Shown here: positions 51,798-61,210 of the stretch, piece after piece | How positions within the stretch are numbered: position 1 is the stretch's first letter | Layout: every line of letters begins with the position of its first letter | From: Deltaproteobacteria bacterium | Lineage (GTDB): Bacteria > Myxococcota_A > Polyangia > Fen-1088 | Assembly (NCBI GenBank): GCA_016935975.1 | Contig: JAFGPX010000115.1 | Coordinates: 583-64,582 of the forward strand | Reading direction: 5' to 3' | Length of the DNA: 64,000 nucleotides | The notes under the pieces: model-generated | What the model was told of the DNA's origin: nothing | Databases searched by the model: none | Seen by the model: only the letters and a program-made list of their open reading frames with translations | Position numbers and translations under genes: made by a program

Positions 51798-54527
51798 CTA
51801 TTCGACCTCAAACGTGTCGGACAGAGGCAGCTTGTCCGAGCTGCCACCGACCATGACCTTGACCGGGCCGGAGTCGATCAGCCAGCCGCTGCCGTCCTTC
51901 GTGCTGCTGCTCTTGCTCTCGTCCCAATACTTGAGGTCCGAGATACGCAAAGGGATGGTCACCGTCTTCTTCTCCCCGGGCTCGACGAAGACGCGCGCAA
52001 ACCCCTTGAGCTCCTTCACCGACCGTCGCTTGGTGGCCTCGGGATACGAGGCGAACACAAGCACGATCTCGTCTCCGGCCACGCTGCCCGTGTTGGTGAC
52101 GTCCACGCTGATGTTGACGTAGCTGTCCTTGGCCACGGTCGAGCAGGGAACGACCAGATTGCCGTACTCGAACGTGGTGTACGACAGGCCGTAGCCGAAA
52201 GGAAAGAGCGGCTTCTTGCCGCTCTTGTCGAAGTAGCGGTAGCCCAGATAGTAGTCCATCTGCGTGGTCCCGCCGGCGCTCGCGTTGAAGGTCGGCAGGT
52301 CGCCCAGCGTCGCCGGCCACGAAATCGGCAGCTTGCCGCTGAAATTCGCCTTGCCGAACAGCAGCTGGCCGAGCGCCGCCCCGCCGTACTGCCCCGGATA
52401 CCAGGCCATGACCACCGCCTGGACCTGCGCCAGCCAGGGCATGTCGATGGCGCTGCCGCCTTCCATCACAACGATCACCGGTTTGCCCCCTGCGGCCGCG
52501 ACCGCGTCGGTCACCAGCTTGTTCTGCACGCCCACGTTGTTGCCCGCGGCATTCGGCTTGCCGTCCAGCGCGAAGGTCGAGCGGTCGCCGCTGCCGTTGT
52601 ACTCCTCCCCCTCGTCGTAGGGAGTCAGCCCCACCACCACGATGACGGCGTCCTTTCCGGACGCGTCCGCGGCGCTGTTGCTGCACGTGACCTTGTCGGC
52701 CCCCAGCGTGTCCTTGATGCCCTGGCACGGGCTCTTCGCCTTGCTGGAATCGAAGTTGACCCGGCTCGAGCCCACGTCGCCCACGCGCACGCCGTTGGCG
52801 AAGTCGATCGTCCCCTTGTTCACGTCGTCCGAGCAGTTGTTGATGCCCACACCGCCCGTCGTCCCGGTGGGCGCGCAGTAGTCGAGCTTCGCGCCGAGCA
52901 CCGCGACCTTGCCGAGCGAGGTCGAAAGCGGCAGCGCGTTCTTGTCGTTCTTGAGCAGCACCATCGACTTGGTCGCAGCCTCCTCGGCCAGCGTGGTGTT
53001 GGGGTTCGTGATCGAGCCCGCGCTGAAGTTCGCCGAGCCCGTCTTCAGGCTCTTGGCCTGATCCGCGTTGAAGCGGTACTTCTGCTCCAGGATCCTGGTC
53101 GTCGCCGCTTGCAGCGCCGACGCCGCCACCCCCGAGCTGGAATTCTCGATCGAGTTGAACGTCCAATTCCACGGCAGCTCGATGTCGAGGCCCGCGTCGA
53201 TCGCCGCCGGCGCCAGGCTCGTGTTCGGCGTGCCGCTGTTCCCCCCCGGTATCGCCCACCAGTCGGTGAGCACGAAACCCTTGAAACCGAAGTCCGTGCG
53301 CAGGATGTCCGTCAGGAGATGCTTGTTCTGCGTGCAGTTGGTACCGTTCAGTTCGTTGTACGCCGCCATCACGCACGCCACGCCGCCGTCCTTGATCGTC
53401 ATCTCGAAGTGGCGCGCGTAGATCTCACGCAGCGTCTGCTCGTCCATCGCGGCATCGTTCGTCGCCCGCTTGTTCTCGATGTTGTTGCCCGCGAAGTGCT
53501 TCACGCAGGTCCCCACGTATTGCTGCACGCCCGCCACGTGCGCCGTTCCCAGGCGCCCAAGCAAGAAGACATCCTCGCCGTAGGTTTCCTGCGCCCGGCC
53601 CCACAACGGGTGGCGCAGGATGTTGATGGTCGGCCCCAGCATCATCGTCTGGCCGGCCGCCGCCATCTCGTCCCCGATCGCCTGCCCGATGCGGAACTCG
53701 AGATCCATGTCGAACGCCGCCCCGCGCGCCATCGACACGGGAAACACCGTGGATCTGCCGTGCGACGTGCTGGTGGCCGCGATGGGCGCGTCCAGGTTGA
53801 CGCCGCGCGGACCGTCGCGATAGGTCCAGCCCTTGATCGACCTCGACGTATTGTCTGGCTGCCGGAAAATGTCGTCCCAGTTTCTCGACGTCGCCGAGCC
53901 CGGGTCGGAGCCGCGCATCTGCTGCGCCATCTCGGCCGTGGACATGTTGGCCACCGCGCCGGCTGCCTTGGACTGGAACTTGGTGTGGTCGGCGTCCGAG
54001 TAGCCGGGCATCTTCGGATCCGTCGGGAAGTTGGTGTCGGTGCACGCCGACTTGGCGGTCGTGGTACCGCCGTTTCCGCCGCCGGCGCCGCCGCTGCCCG
54101 CACCGCCACCAGCGCCGCCGGCAGCAGCGCCGCCGCCGCCCGAAGCACCGCTGCCGCCCCCGGCGCCACCCGACTTGCTGCCGCCCGAGCCGCCGCCGCT
54201 GCCGCCGCTCGCGCCACCACTGCCGCCGGCCGCCCCTCCGCTTGCACCGCCCGCGCCGCCTTCGCCACCGCCGGAGCCACCCGAGCCGTTTCCGCCCGAA
54301 CCACCCCGATTCGCGCCGCCAGCGCCACCCGCGCTGTCGCCGCCCGAACCGCCCGAGGAAACGCCGCCAGCGCCGCCGATCGAGCTGCTGCCGCCAAGGC
54401 CGCCACCCAAACCGCCCGAGCCACCGCCACGACTTTCCGTGCTCGGCGCGCAGGCGACCGCCAAGGCGCCCAGAAAGACGACGGCCAAAGTCGAATGACG
54501 CGTGAAGGACGACAGGGGGTGCTGCAT
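51798..54527 (-). CDS. bglX: GH3 beta-glucosidase (BglX-like) lipoprotein with a C-terminal Fn3-like domain
   Basis: It reads KHFAGNNIE...GFKGFVLTDWWA, with a typical GH3 two-domain architecture. A Gly/Ser linker follows the lipobox AVAC. Confidence 0.85.
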   Translation of the reverse strand: MQHPLSSFTRHSTLAVVFLGALAVACAPSTESRGGGSGGLGGGLGGSSSIGGAGGVSSGGSGGDSAGGAGGANRGGSGGNGSGGSGGGEGGAGGASGGAAGGSGGASGGSGGGSGGSKSGGAGGGSGASGGGGAAAGGAGGGAGSGGAGGGNGGTTTAKSACTDTNFPTDPKMPGYSDADHTKFQSKAAGAVANMSTAEMAQQMRGSDPGSATSRNWDDIFRQPDNTSRSIKGWTYRDGPRGVNLDAPIAATSTSHGRSTVFPVSMARGAAFDMDLEFRIGQAIGDEMAAAGQTMMLGPTINILRHPLWGRAQETYGEDVFLLGRLGTAHVAGVQQYVGTCVKHFAGNNIENKRATNDAAMDEQTLREIYARHFEMTIKDGGVACVMAAYNELNGTNCTQNKHLLTDILRTDFGFKGFVLTDWWAIPGGNSGTPNTSLAPAAIDAGLDIELPWNWTFNSIENSSSGVAASALQAATTRILEQKYRFNADQAKSLKTGSANFSAGSITNPNTTLAEEAATKSMVLLKNDKNALPLSTSLGKVAVLGAKLDYCAPTGTTGGVGINNCSDDVNKGTIDFANGVRVGDVGSSRVNFDSSKAKSPCQGIKDTLGADKVTCSNSAADASGKDAVIVVVGLTPYDEGEEYNGSGDRSTFALDGKPNAAGNNVGVQNKLVTDAVAAAGGKPVIVVMEGGSAIDMPWLAQVQAVVMAWYPGQYGGAALGQLLFGKANFSGKLPISWPATLGDLPTFNASAGGTTQMDYYLGYRYFDKSGKKPLFPFGYGLSYTTFEYGNLVVPCSTVAKDSYVNISVDVTNTGSVAGDEIVLVFASYPEATKRRSVKELKGFARVFVEPGEKKTVTIPLRISDLKYWDESKSSSTKDGSGWLIDSGPVKVMVGGSSDKLPLSDTFEVE

Positions 54528-54815
54528 TGGGTGCTCCCAAACGTTGGTGGCGGCCGCGCCATGTATCCTTCAGGTCCGTGGCCGGACCTCGGGTTTCGCG
54601 GACGCCGCGATGATCGCAGAGAAAGGGAAAGGCGTCGTAACACGACGTGAACACGGATGGTGTTCCCCCTGGGAAGAACGCGGCCCATTGTCTGGTCTTG
54701 ACCACGCCCCATGTGAGCCTTGGCACTGGGGGTTGCCCACAGCCAAGGGATGGGATGTTGTTCCTTGGGATCCCGTACCCACGCAGAAAGCCATTTGACG
54801 CGGATAGGTTGCACG

Positions 54816-56360
54816 ATGAGAAACGCGAGAGTCCTGGCCGCAGTCGTTGTCCTTGGCGCCGCTTCCATCGTCGCGTGCTCGCCAGACGATGGAACCGGGG
54901 CCTCCGGGTCGGCAGGAGCAAGCGGCAGCACGACCTCGCAGGGCGGCTCGGGGGGCACTGCCACGGGCGGCTCGTCCGCCCAAGGAGGCTCGGGCGGCGC
55001 AGGCGGCACTTCTGCCGCCGGCGGCTCGGGCGGAGCGAATTCGGGTGGCTCGAGCAGCAGCGCCTCTGGCGCCTCGGGCGGCAATGCCGGGGCAGGCGGT
55101 AGCGCGACGGGTGGCTCGGGGGGCGGCCGCGCCGGTGCAGGCGGCACCTCTGCCGGCGGCGGCGCGGGCGGAAGATCCTCCACCGGCGGTTCCGGAGGCG
55201 GCGCGGGCCGGACAGGAAGTGGCGGGAGAACCGGCAGCGGCGGCAGTACCGGCAATGGCGGCGGCACCGGCAATGGCGGCAGCACCGGCAATGGCGGCAG
55301 CACCGGCAATGGCGGCAGCACCGGCAATGGCGGCAGCACCGGCAATGGCGGCAGCACGAGCGGTCTGCCGCCCCTGAAGGTCAATGGCACCAAGCTGCAA
55401 GATCCGAGCGGCAAGACCATCATCCTGCGCGGCTCGTCGCTGATCGACATCGGCGCGCTCTACGCGTACAACGGCAACAGCGTCAAGGGCATAACCGATC
55501 GCATGGACAAGTTGGCCGCCGCCGGCGTGCAGGGCCATGTCGTGCGCTTCCCGGTGTATCCGAAGATAGACTACAACGGCGGATACCCGTACTGCTCGGA
55601 TCTGCCATACCCCGTCGGCACCGGCCCGACCACGAGCTGCACCGCCAAGTCGCCCATCAACGCGACGGACTACGTCAGCAAGGTGCTCAAGCCGGCCATC
55701 GACTATGCCACGAGCAAGAACCTGTACGTCATCATCGACCACCACCAGATCGACGACGCCACCGAGCGGAACTCCGCGGCCGACGCGAACACCTTCTGGA
55801 CCGACATCGCCCCGAAGTTCGCGAGCTACAGCAACGTGCTCTACGAGCCCTTCAACGAACCCATCGACGGCTCGAAAACCTGGGCCCAGCTCAAGCCGAA
55901 AGTGCAAGGCTGGATCGACACCATCCGCAACGCCGGCGCCACGAACGTCATCATCGTTCCCTCGAACAGCTATTGCCAGCGCCCCGGCGACGCCGCCAGC
56001 GATCCGCCCAACGACCCGCAGAAGAACCTGATGTACACGGCGCACGTGTATCCCGGCAACTGGAACAGCAACTTCAAGCAGCAAGTCGCGACCGCGGTCA
56101 CGAAAGCGCCGGTCTTCTTCACCGAGTGGGGATACATCCTCAACAGCGGCGATGCCGTGGTCGGCACGTCGAGCGCAAGCTGGGGACCGGACTTCCGGGC
56201 CGTGGTCGACGGCAACGGCGGCAGCTGGATCGCCTGGGTGACCGACGACTCGTGGACGCCCAACATGTTCTCGGACGGCGCCATCACCCAGCTCACCGAT
56301 TTCGGCAAGCTCGTGCAGAGCTGGCTTGCCGCCAAGGCGAACAGCGACTGGGTGCAGTAG
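54816..56360 (+). CDS. GH5 cellulase (endo-1,4-beta-glucanase) lipoprotein
   Basis: The acid/base motif is YEPFNEP and the nucleophile motif is FFTEWGY. The lipobox is IVAC, and a Gly/Ser/Thr linker follows. Confidence 0.85.
   Translation: MRNARVLAAVVVLGAASIVACSPDDGTGASGSAGASGSTTSQGGSGGTATGGSSAQGGSGGAGGTSAAGGSGGANSGGSSSSASGASGGNAGAGGSATGGSGGGRAGAGGTSAGGGAGGRSSTGGSGGGAGRTGSGGRTGSGGSTGNGGGTGNGGSTGNGGSTGNGGSTGNGGSTGNGGSTSGLPPLKVNGTKLQDPSGKTIILRGSSLIDIGALYAYNGNSVKGITDRMDKLAAAGVQGHVVRFPVYPKIDYNGGYPYCSDLPYPVGTGPTTSCTAKSPINATDYVSKVLKPAIDYATSKNLYVIIDHHQIDDATERNSAADANTFWTDIAPKFASYSNVLYEPFNEPIDGSKTWAQLKPKVQGWIDTIRNAGATNVIIVPSNSYCQRPGDAASDPPNDPQKNLMYTAHVYPGNWNSNFKQQVATAVTKAPVFFTEWGYILNSGDAVVGTSSASWGPDFRAVVDGNGGSWIAWVTDDSWTPNMFSDGAITQLTDFGKLVQSWLAAKANSDWVQ
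55248..55355 (+). repeat. 6 x 18-bp perfect tandem repeat (ACCGGCAATGGCGGCAGC) encoding (TGNGGS)n within the GH5 linker
   Basis: The units lie at 55248, 55266, 55284, 55302, 55320 and 55338. The first unit has one substitution. Confidence 0.85.
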
Positions 56361-56369
56361 CGGCTGTCA

Positions 56370-58004
56370 CTACGCCTGTGCGTACCGCGTGCCCATGCTC
56401 TTGCCCTGGTAGTACCAGCCGCCCGGCTGCAGGCGGCCGTTGGCTTTGGCGTAGTAGGCGTTCCAGTTGGCCAGTAGCTCGGGGCGGGCGGCGGCGGGCA
56501 AGAGCACGGGCAGCGTGCTAAGGGGCACCTGGCCGGTGCGGGCGCGCAGCTCCACGGCCATCAGGCGCTGCGCGTGCAGGGTTTCGTTGGTCTCGCCGAG
56601 ACAGGCGAGCAGGCCGGCCACGGACCAGGGCTTGCCGCGCAGCACGCGCACCTTTGGGTCGCGTCTGGCGGAATCGCCGTTGTCGCGGCCGGTGCGGCCA
56701 GTCAGCATGCGAAGCATCTCCTGCAGCGTGCTGTCGGACACGAGATCCGCGAGCGCGGGCCAGGACTGCAGCATCTCGGCGCTGCCGAGGTTGGCGGCCG
56801 CGAGGAGGATGTAGTCGGCGTCCCTTTCCGTGCGCAAGGCCAAGTCGGTCAGCAATGCCGCGTCCGCCGGCTCGCCCGCCACGGCCAGCGCATCGACGAG
56901 CAGGCGATCCACGTTCTCGGCCTTGCCCACGCGCGCGCGCACTTCGGCGAGCGCCGCGGTCGAGCCGAGCACCGTGGCCGCGAAGAGAAGCGCGTTGGCT
57001 CGCCTCTGGGTGCGCGCGGCTTGCGCCCACGACAAGAGCAACTGCGTGTCCTGGCCGCCCTCGGTCCACGGCAGAGCCTGCGCGGCTTCCACGGCGATGT
57101 CGTCCTTGCCGTGATTGGCCAGGTCCCAAAGCTGGTCGGACGACAGCAGATTGCGCTCGGCCAAGATTGGCAGCAGCAGGCCGCACACCGTCGGATGCGC
57201 CGGCTGCAGAAAGACCTTGAGCAGCCAGTCGAGCAGGTTGCCATCCGCCAGCGTGCGCAGCAGGGTCGCGCTGGTCTCGGGCAAGGGTTGCTGGTCGGCC
57301 GCGGCCTTGCCGAGAATGCCCATCAGCATCTCGGCTCCGCGCGCCTCGCCCAGGTGGACCAGCGCCGCGCCGGCCGCCAGGCGATCGCTTGCGCTTTTGG
57401 CCGCGTCGGCCACGCGCAGGATTTCCGGAACGCGCTCGCGACCGAGCCATTTGAGGGCCGTGACCTGCTTTCGCAGCTCGGCGTTTGCGCCGTAAAGATC
57501 CCCAAGCCGAAAGAGCGGCTCGGAGAGCACGGTGTGCAACGTGCGCAGCTTGGCGGAAAGCCCGTCGAGCAGCACGCCCGCAGCCTGGAAATCGAGGGCC
57601 GGCGCTCTGCTCCGTCGGGGCCTGGGCCGAACCGCGGGGCCGGGCTCGCGGCGCGGCCCTTGCGACGGCGGCGTCTGTCCGTCGGCCGCGGGCGCCAGGA
57701 CGAGCCCCGGCGCCGGCACGGCCGCTTCCGGCGGCGCCAGCACGGCTAGCGCTTGCCCGAGACCTTCGAGCTGCCCGTGATCCGCCGGCCGGTCGGACTT
57801 CCCGCACAATTCCACGCACGCGCGCAACTCGGCGACGCCCGCCTCGATGGCCTCCTCCTGCGCCTGCGGCGACAGTCCGGTCAGGGACTTGTCGAGCGCG
57901 CCCAGCGCCCGACGCAAGGTCGCCCCGACCTCGCGCGAAGTCCCGCGCCGCCGCAAGAGCGGCCCGAGCACCTTGCTGGCCTGCCGAACCTTGTCCGAAG
58001 CCAT
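56370..58004 (-). CDS. hypothetical protein, probably alpha-helical and HEAT/ARM-like
   Basis: This is a long Ala/Leu-rich ORF with GC3 bias. A GAGGA ribosome-binding site precedes the ATG at 58004 (MASDKVRQ...). An alternative GTG at 58169 would add a signal-peptide-like N-terminus. Confidence 0.5.
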   Translation of the reverse strand: MASDKVRQASKVLGPLLRRRGTSREVGATLRRALGALDKSLTGLSPQAQEEAIEAGVAELRACVELCGKSDRPADHGQLEGLGQALAVLAPPEAAVPAPGLVLAPAADGQTPPSQGPRREPGPAVRPRPRRSRAPALDFQAAGVLLDGLSAKLRTLHTVLSEPLFRLGDLYGANAELRKQVTALKWLGRERVPEILRVADAAKSASDRLAAGAALVHLGEARGAEMLMGILGKAAADQQPLPETSATLLRTLADGNLLDWLLKVFLQPAHPTVCGLLLPILAERNLLSSDQLWDLANHGKDDIAVEAAQALPWTEGGQDTQLLLSWAQAARTQRRANALLFAATVLGSTAALAEVRARVGKAENVDRLLVDALAVAGEPADAALLTDLALRTERDADYILLAAANLGSAEMLQSWPALADLVSDSTLQEMLRMLTGRTGRDNGDSARRDPKVRVLRGKPWSVAGLLACLGETNETLHAQRLMAVELRARTGQVPLSTLPVLLPAAARPELLANWNAYYAKANGRLQPGGWYYQGKSMGTRYAQA

Positions 58005-58538
58005 GGAATCCTCGCCGGTCCCTCGTGGCCAGAGTGCCCCGAAATCCCTCGCGAAGCCAGCGTGCCGCCTGTCCTTTGCCAGGTCCTCGTCCGGACAGCG
58101 CGCGGGCCGATGCTCGGCGGCACAAACGGCGTATGCGAGCGCCACGAGGCCGAAGCGGGACAGCCGCACGAGGTGGAGCGATCGCCGGCTTGACGATGAC
58201 GAGCGCGTCCGCGGAACGGGACTAGCTGCGAGAAAGCAGGAGCCAGAAGGCGCAATCGAGGGGACGAAGCGTGCGTAGCGTGCGAAGAGTGGCGAAAATG
58301 AGGGCCAGCATCGCGTCGAGCATGCGCGAAGCGGGCGTGGGGCGGTACCTTTGCCATGGTTAGCCGATTGGCGGCTGTCGCCGACGGAAATCCGGCTCTC
58401 CGGACGGGCACTTGGCGAGCGACAGGTTTCCGCGCGACTGCCCGTCGCTCGCGAGGTGGCCGCACGCGCGAAAGCTCGCGGCCGATGGCGTGACGGTCGC
58501 GTCCCGGCCGCCTCCCTAATCCTGGCAAGGGGGTCGTC

Positions 58539-59681
58539 ATGAGAATGTGTCGCTCTTTGTGCTGGCTCTTGGTCTGTTTATTGTTCGCCCTGCCGCCGGC
58601 GTGTGGGAAGTCCGGCGGCGGTGCTGCCGGCAGCGGCGGCGCGGGCGGGGAATCGTCGGAAACCGGCGGCGGGCCTGGTGGGGGCGGCGCCTCGGAAACC
58701 GGCGGCGCGTCCGCTGCGGGCGGCGATAGCGGCAGCGGGGGCAGGACGGTCAGCGGCGGCGCCATGGGCAGCGGCGGCGCGACGAGCGCAGGTGGCGCGA
58801 CCGGCAACGGCGGCGCGACCGGCAGCGGCGGCGCGACGGGTGGCGGCGCGGCCGTGACCGACGCCGGGCCGCCGGTGGCGACCTCAGGCTGCGGGGCGCC
58901 GCTGCCGGCGGCGTGCAACAACACCACCACCGGTTCCTGCAAGCTCGACGTCAATGGCAAGACCCGGGAGTATTTCGTGGTTCTGCCGACCGAGTACGAC
59001 AACAGCACGCCAGCGCCTGTCGTCTTCGCCTACCACGGCCTCGGAGGCACGGCGGCCTCGCTCTTGCCCACGGGCTCCGGACGCGGGGGCTATGCGCTCT
59101 ACGGGGTTCAGCCCGGTCTGCCGAACGCGGTCTTCGTCGTCCCGCAAGGGCTGGCGGGCTCCGACGGGGGTACGGACTACGGCTGGCCCAACACCGGCGG
59201 CCAGGACATCGACTTCGTCAGGGCCATGCTCACCTGGCTGGAGACCAATCTCTGCGTCGACAAGGCTCGCTACTTCTCCACGGGGATGAGCTACGGGGGC
59301 ATGATGTCCGAGAACATCGCCTGCCAGCTCCCCGATCTCTTCCGGGCCATCGGCTCCATGGCCGGCAGCTTGTTCAGCACTCGCAATTGCGTGGAGAAGC
59401 CCATCGCGGCCTGGATCACGCACGGCGATGCCGACACCACCGTGCAAATCTCGGGCGACATCACGGCGCGCGACATGATCATCGCGCACAACGGCTGCGA
59501 CACCACCAACACCTCGACCGTCACGCTCACGGATAGAACCTACGGGGACGTGACCTGCACCGTCTACGACCAGTGCACGGCCGGCAACTACCCCGTGATC
59601 TGGTGCCCGGTGGTGGGCATGGGCCACGCCATCCCCAGCTTCGCCGGCACGGAGATCGCCAAGTTCTTCGCGCAGTTCTAA
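58539..59681 (+). CDS. secreted alpha/beta-hydrolase esterase (CE1 / PHB-depolymerase-like) lipoprotein
   Basis: The lipobox is PPACG. A Gly/Ser/Ala linker is present. The nucleophile elbow reads GMSYGG, with a downstream His (HGDADT...MGHAIP). Confidence 0.7.
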   Translation: MRMCRSLCWLLVCLLFALPPACGKSGGGAAGSGGAGGESSETGGGPGGGGASETGGASAAGGDSGSGGRTVSGGAMGSGGATSAGGATGNGGATGSGGATGGGAAVTDAGPPVATSGCGAPLPAACNNTTTGSCKLDVNGKTREYFVVLPTEYDNSTPAPVVFAYHGLGGTAASLLPTGSGRGGYALYGVQPGLPNAVFVVPQGLAGSDGGTDYGWPNTGGQDIDFVRAMLTWLETNLCVDKARYFSTGMSYGGMMSENIACQLPDLFRAIGSMAGSLFSTRNCVEKPIAAWITHGDADTTVQISGDITARDMIIAHNGCDTTNTSTVTLTDRTYGDVTCTVYDQCTAGNYPVIWCPVVGMGHAIPSFAGTEIAKFFAQF

Positions 59682-59757
59682 TCAACCGATTGCTGGGCTG
59701 TTCGGTGGACACGCCTGTGCGAATCAGGCTGCCAACTCACGTATCCGCGGCTCAAAG

Positions 59758-61104
59758 CCCGTGATCACCCTGTGCTTCGCCAAGAGGTCATCCGCACCCC
59801 TGGTTCCCTGACGGTGGCGACGATTGGCGACTGGCCTGGCCATGCCGGCCCGCCATCATGCATTATCGGGCGATGTTCGACCTGTTCGTGAGCCTTCTTC
59901 GCGCGCTGCGGTCCGCCTTCCGCAGCCGGGCCAACCTCGCATTGGAGAACCTCGCCCTGCGCCAGCAGTTGGCCAGCCTGCGGCGCACCTCAGGCCGCCC
60001 GCACCTGCGCAAGGCCGACCGCGCGTTCTGGATTGTCTTCTCCCGGCTCTGGTCTCGCTGGGCGGACGTCCTCATCGTCGTCAAGCCCGACACCGTGGTC
60101 CGCTGGCATCGGGCCGGCTTCCGCCTCTTCTGGCGATGGAAGTCCCGTTCGCGCAGCCAGGCAGAAGGTCACGTTTCCGCCGAGGTGAAGACGCTCATCC
60201 GCCAGATGGCCGAGGCCAATGTCGGGTGGGGCGCGCCCAGAATCCACGGCGAGTTGCTCAAGCTCGGCATCGACATCGGTGAGCGCACCGTGTCCCGCTG
60301 GATGCCGCCGAAGCCACGCAAGCCGCCTTCGCAGACCTGGCGGACATTCCTCGACAACCACGTCGGCTCGCTGGCGTCGATCGACTTCTTCACCGTGCCC
60401 ACCGCCACGTTTCGCGTCTTCTACGTCTTCTTCGTCCTGGCACACGACCGGCGCCGCGTTCTTCACTTCAACGTCACCGAGTTCCCGAGCGCGCAATGGA
60501 CAGGCCAGCAGATCATCGAAGCCTTCCCCGAGGACACGGCGCCCAGGTACATAGTCCGCGACCGCGACGGCATCTTCGGCGACCAGTTCCGTCGTCGGGT
60601 GGAAGGCATCGGCATCGAGGAGGTGCTCACGGCCCCACAATCGCCCTGGCAGAACCCGTATGCCGAGCGCCTTGTGGGATCTGTACGGCGAGAGTGCGTC
60701 GCTCACGTCATCGTCCTCGGTGAGCAGCACATCCACGGCATCTTGAAGTCGTACTTCGCGTACTACCACCGGTCGCGAACCCATCTATCGCTCGGCAAGG
60801 ACACGCCGGAGCCGCGACCGGTCCAGCCGCCCAGCATGGGCAAGCTCGTGGCGTTGCCTGAAGTCGGCGGCCTCCATCACCGGTACGAGCGCCTCGCGGC
60901 TTGAAGATCGCGTCTCTTGCGCCGTGCCTCCACGGAGGCGGACGGCACGCGTCCGCCCAGATGCGGGTTTCGCCCACGGCGGCGCGCGATGATCCCAGCC
61001 ACGATTTGCGGCTGGACGAACGCGAGCACAACGCCAAGGTCCGCACTGTATCCGAGAACGCCTGTCCGCGAGGGCAGGATGACAGCTTGGCGAGGGACAC
61101 GGGG
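59758..61104 (+). mobile_element. putative IS element of about 1.35 kb carrying one rve/DDE transposase gene, bounded by imperfect terminal inverted repeats of about 25 bp
   Basis: The left end CCCGTGATCACCCTGTGCTTCGCCAAGAGGTCATC lies at 59758-59792. The right end GATGACAGCTTGGCGAGGGACACGGGG lies at 61078-61104. About 20 of 25 positions match in inverted orientation. Confidence 0.45.
59858..60904 (+). CDS. DDE-type integrase/transposase of the rve superfamily
   Basis: The N-terminal HTH-like region reads RPHLRKADRAFWIVFSRLW...VKPDTVVRWHRAGFRLFWRWKSR. The integrase core reads HVGSLASIDFFTVPTA...RYIVRDRDGIFGDQF.... Confidence 0.85.
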   Translation: MHYRAMFDLFVSLLRALRSAFRSRANLALENLALRQQLASLRRTSGRPHLRKADRAFWIVFSRLWSRWADVLIVVKPDTVVRWHRAGFRLFWRWKSRSRSQAEGHVSAEVKTLIRQMAEANVGWGAPRIHGELLKLGIDIGERTVSRWMPPKPRKPPSQTWRTFLDNHVGSLASIDFFTVPTATFRVFYVFFVLAHDRRRVLHFNVTEFPSAQWTGQQIIEAFPEDTAPRYIVRDRDGIFGDQFRRRVEGIGIEEVLTAPQSPWQNPYAERLVGSVRRECVAHVIVLGEQHIHGILKSYFAYYHRSRTHLSLGKDTPEPRPVQPPSMGKLVALPEVGGLHHRYERLAA

Positions 61105-61210
61105 CCGCCACCGACACCAAAGCCAGCTCGTCCTGGCAGACGGCTGCACTCTTCCAGGTTTCAACCTCGGTGCGGCCTGATCGGCGCAGTCTCGCGACAT
61201 GCAGACGTGG

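Noticed and set aside
54721-54736. Sigma-54-like promoter candidate TGGCACTGGGGGTTGC, 60-95 bp upstream of the GH5 start
   Set aside because: The GG-to-GC spacing is 13 nt rather than the strictly required 12. This is probably a chance match, although an NtrC-type activator gene exists in the window.
51363-55450. Several very long ORFs (51363..54650 +, 53425..54921 -, 53642..55450 -, 54570..56084 -) across GH3/GH5
   Set aside because: They are out-of-frame or antisense readings through (GGN)n linker DNA and GC-rich coding sequence. Proline-rich and arginine-rich repeats dominate them. The GH3 and GH5 frames have catalytic motifs.
57881-59008. 375-aa minus-strand ORF spanning the hypothetical gene, the intergenic region and the esterase gene
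   Set aside because: It is antisense to the esterase Gly/Ser linker (PPLPVAPP... repeats) and crosses a 530-bp intergenic region.
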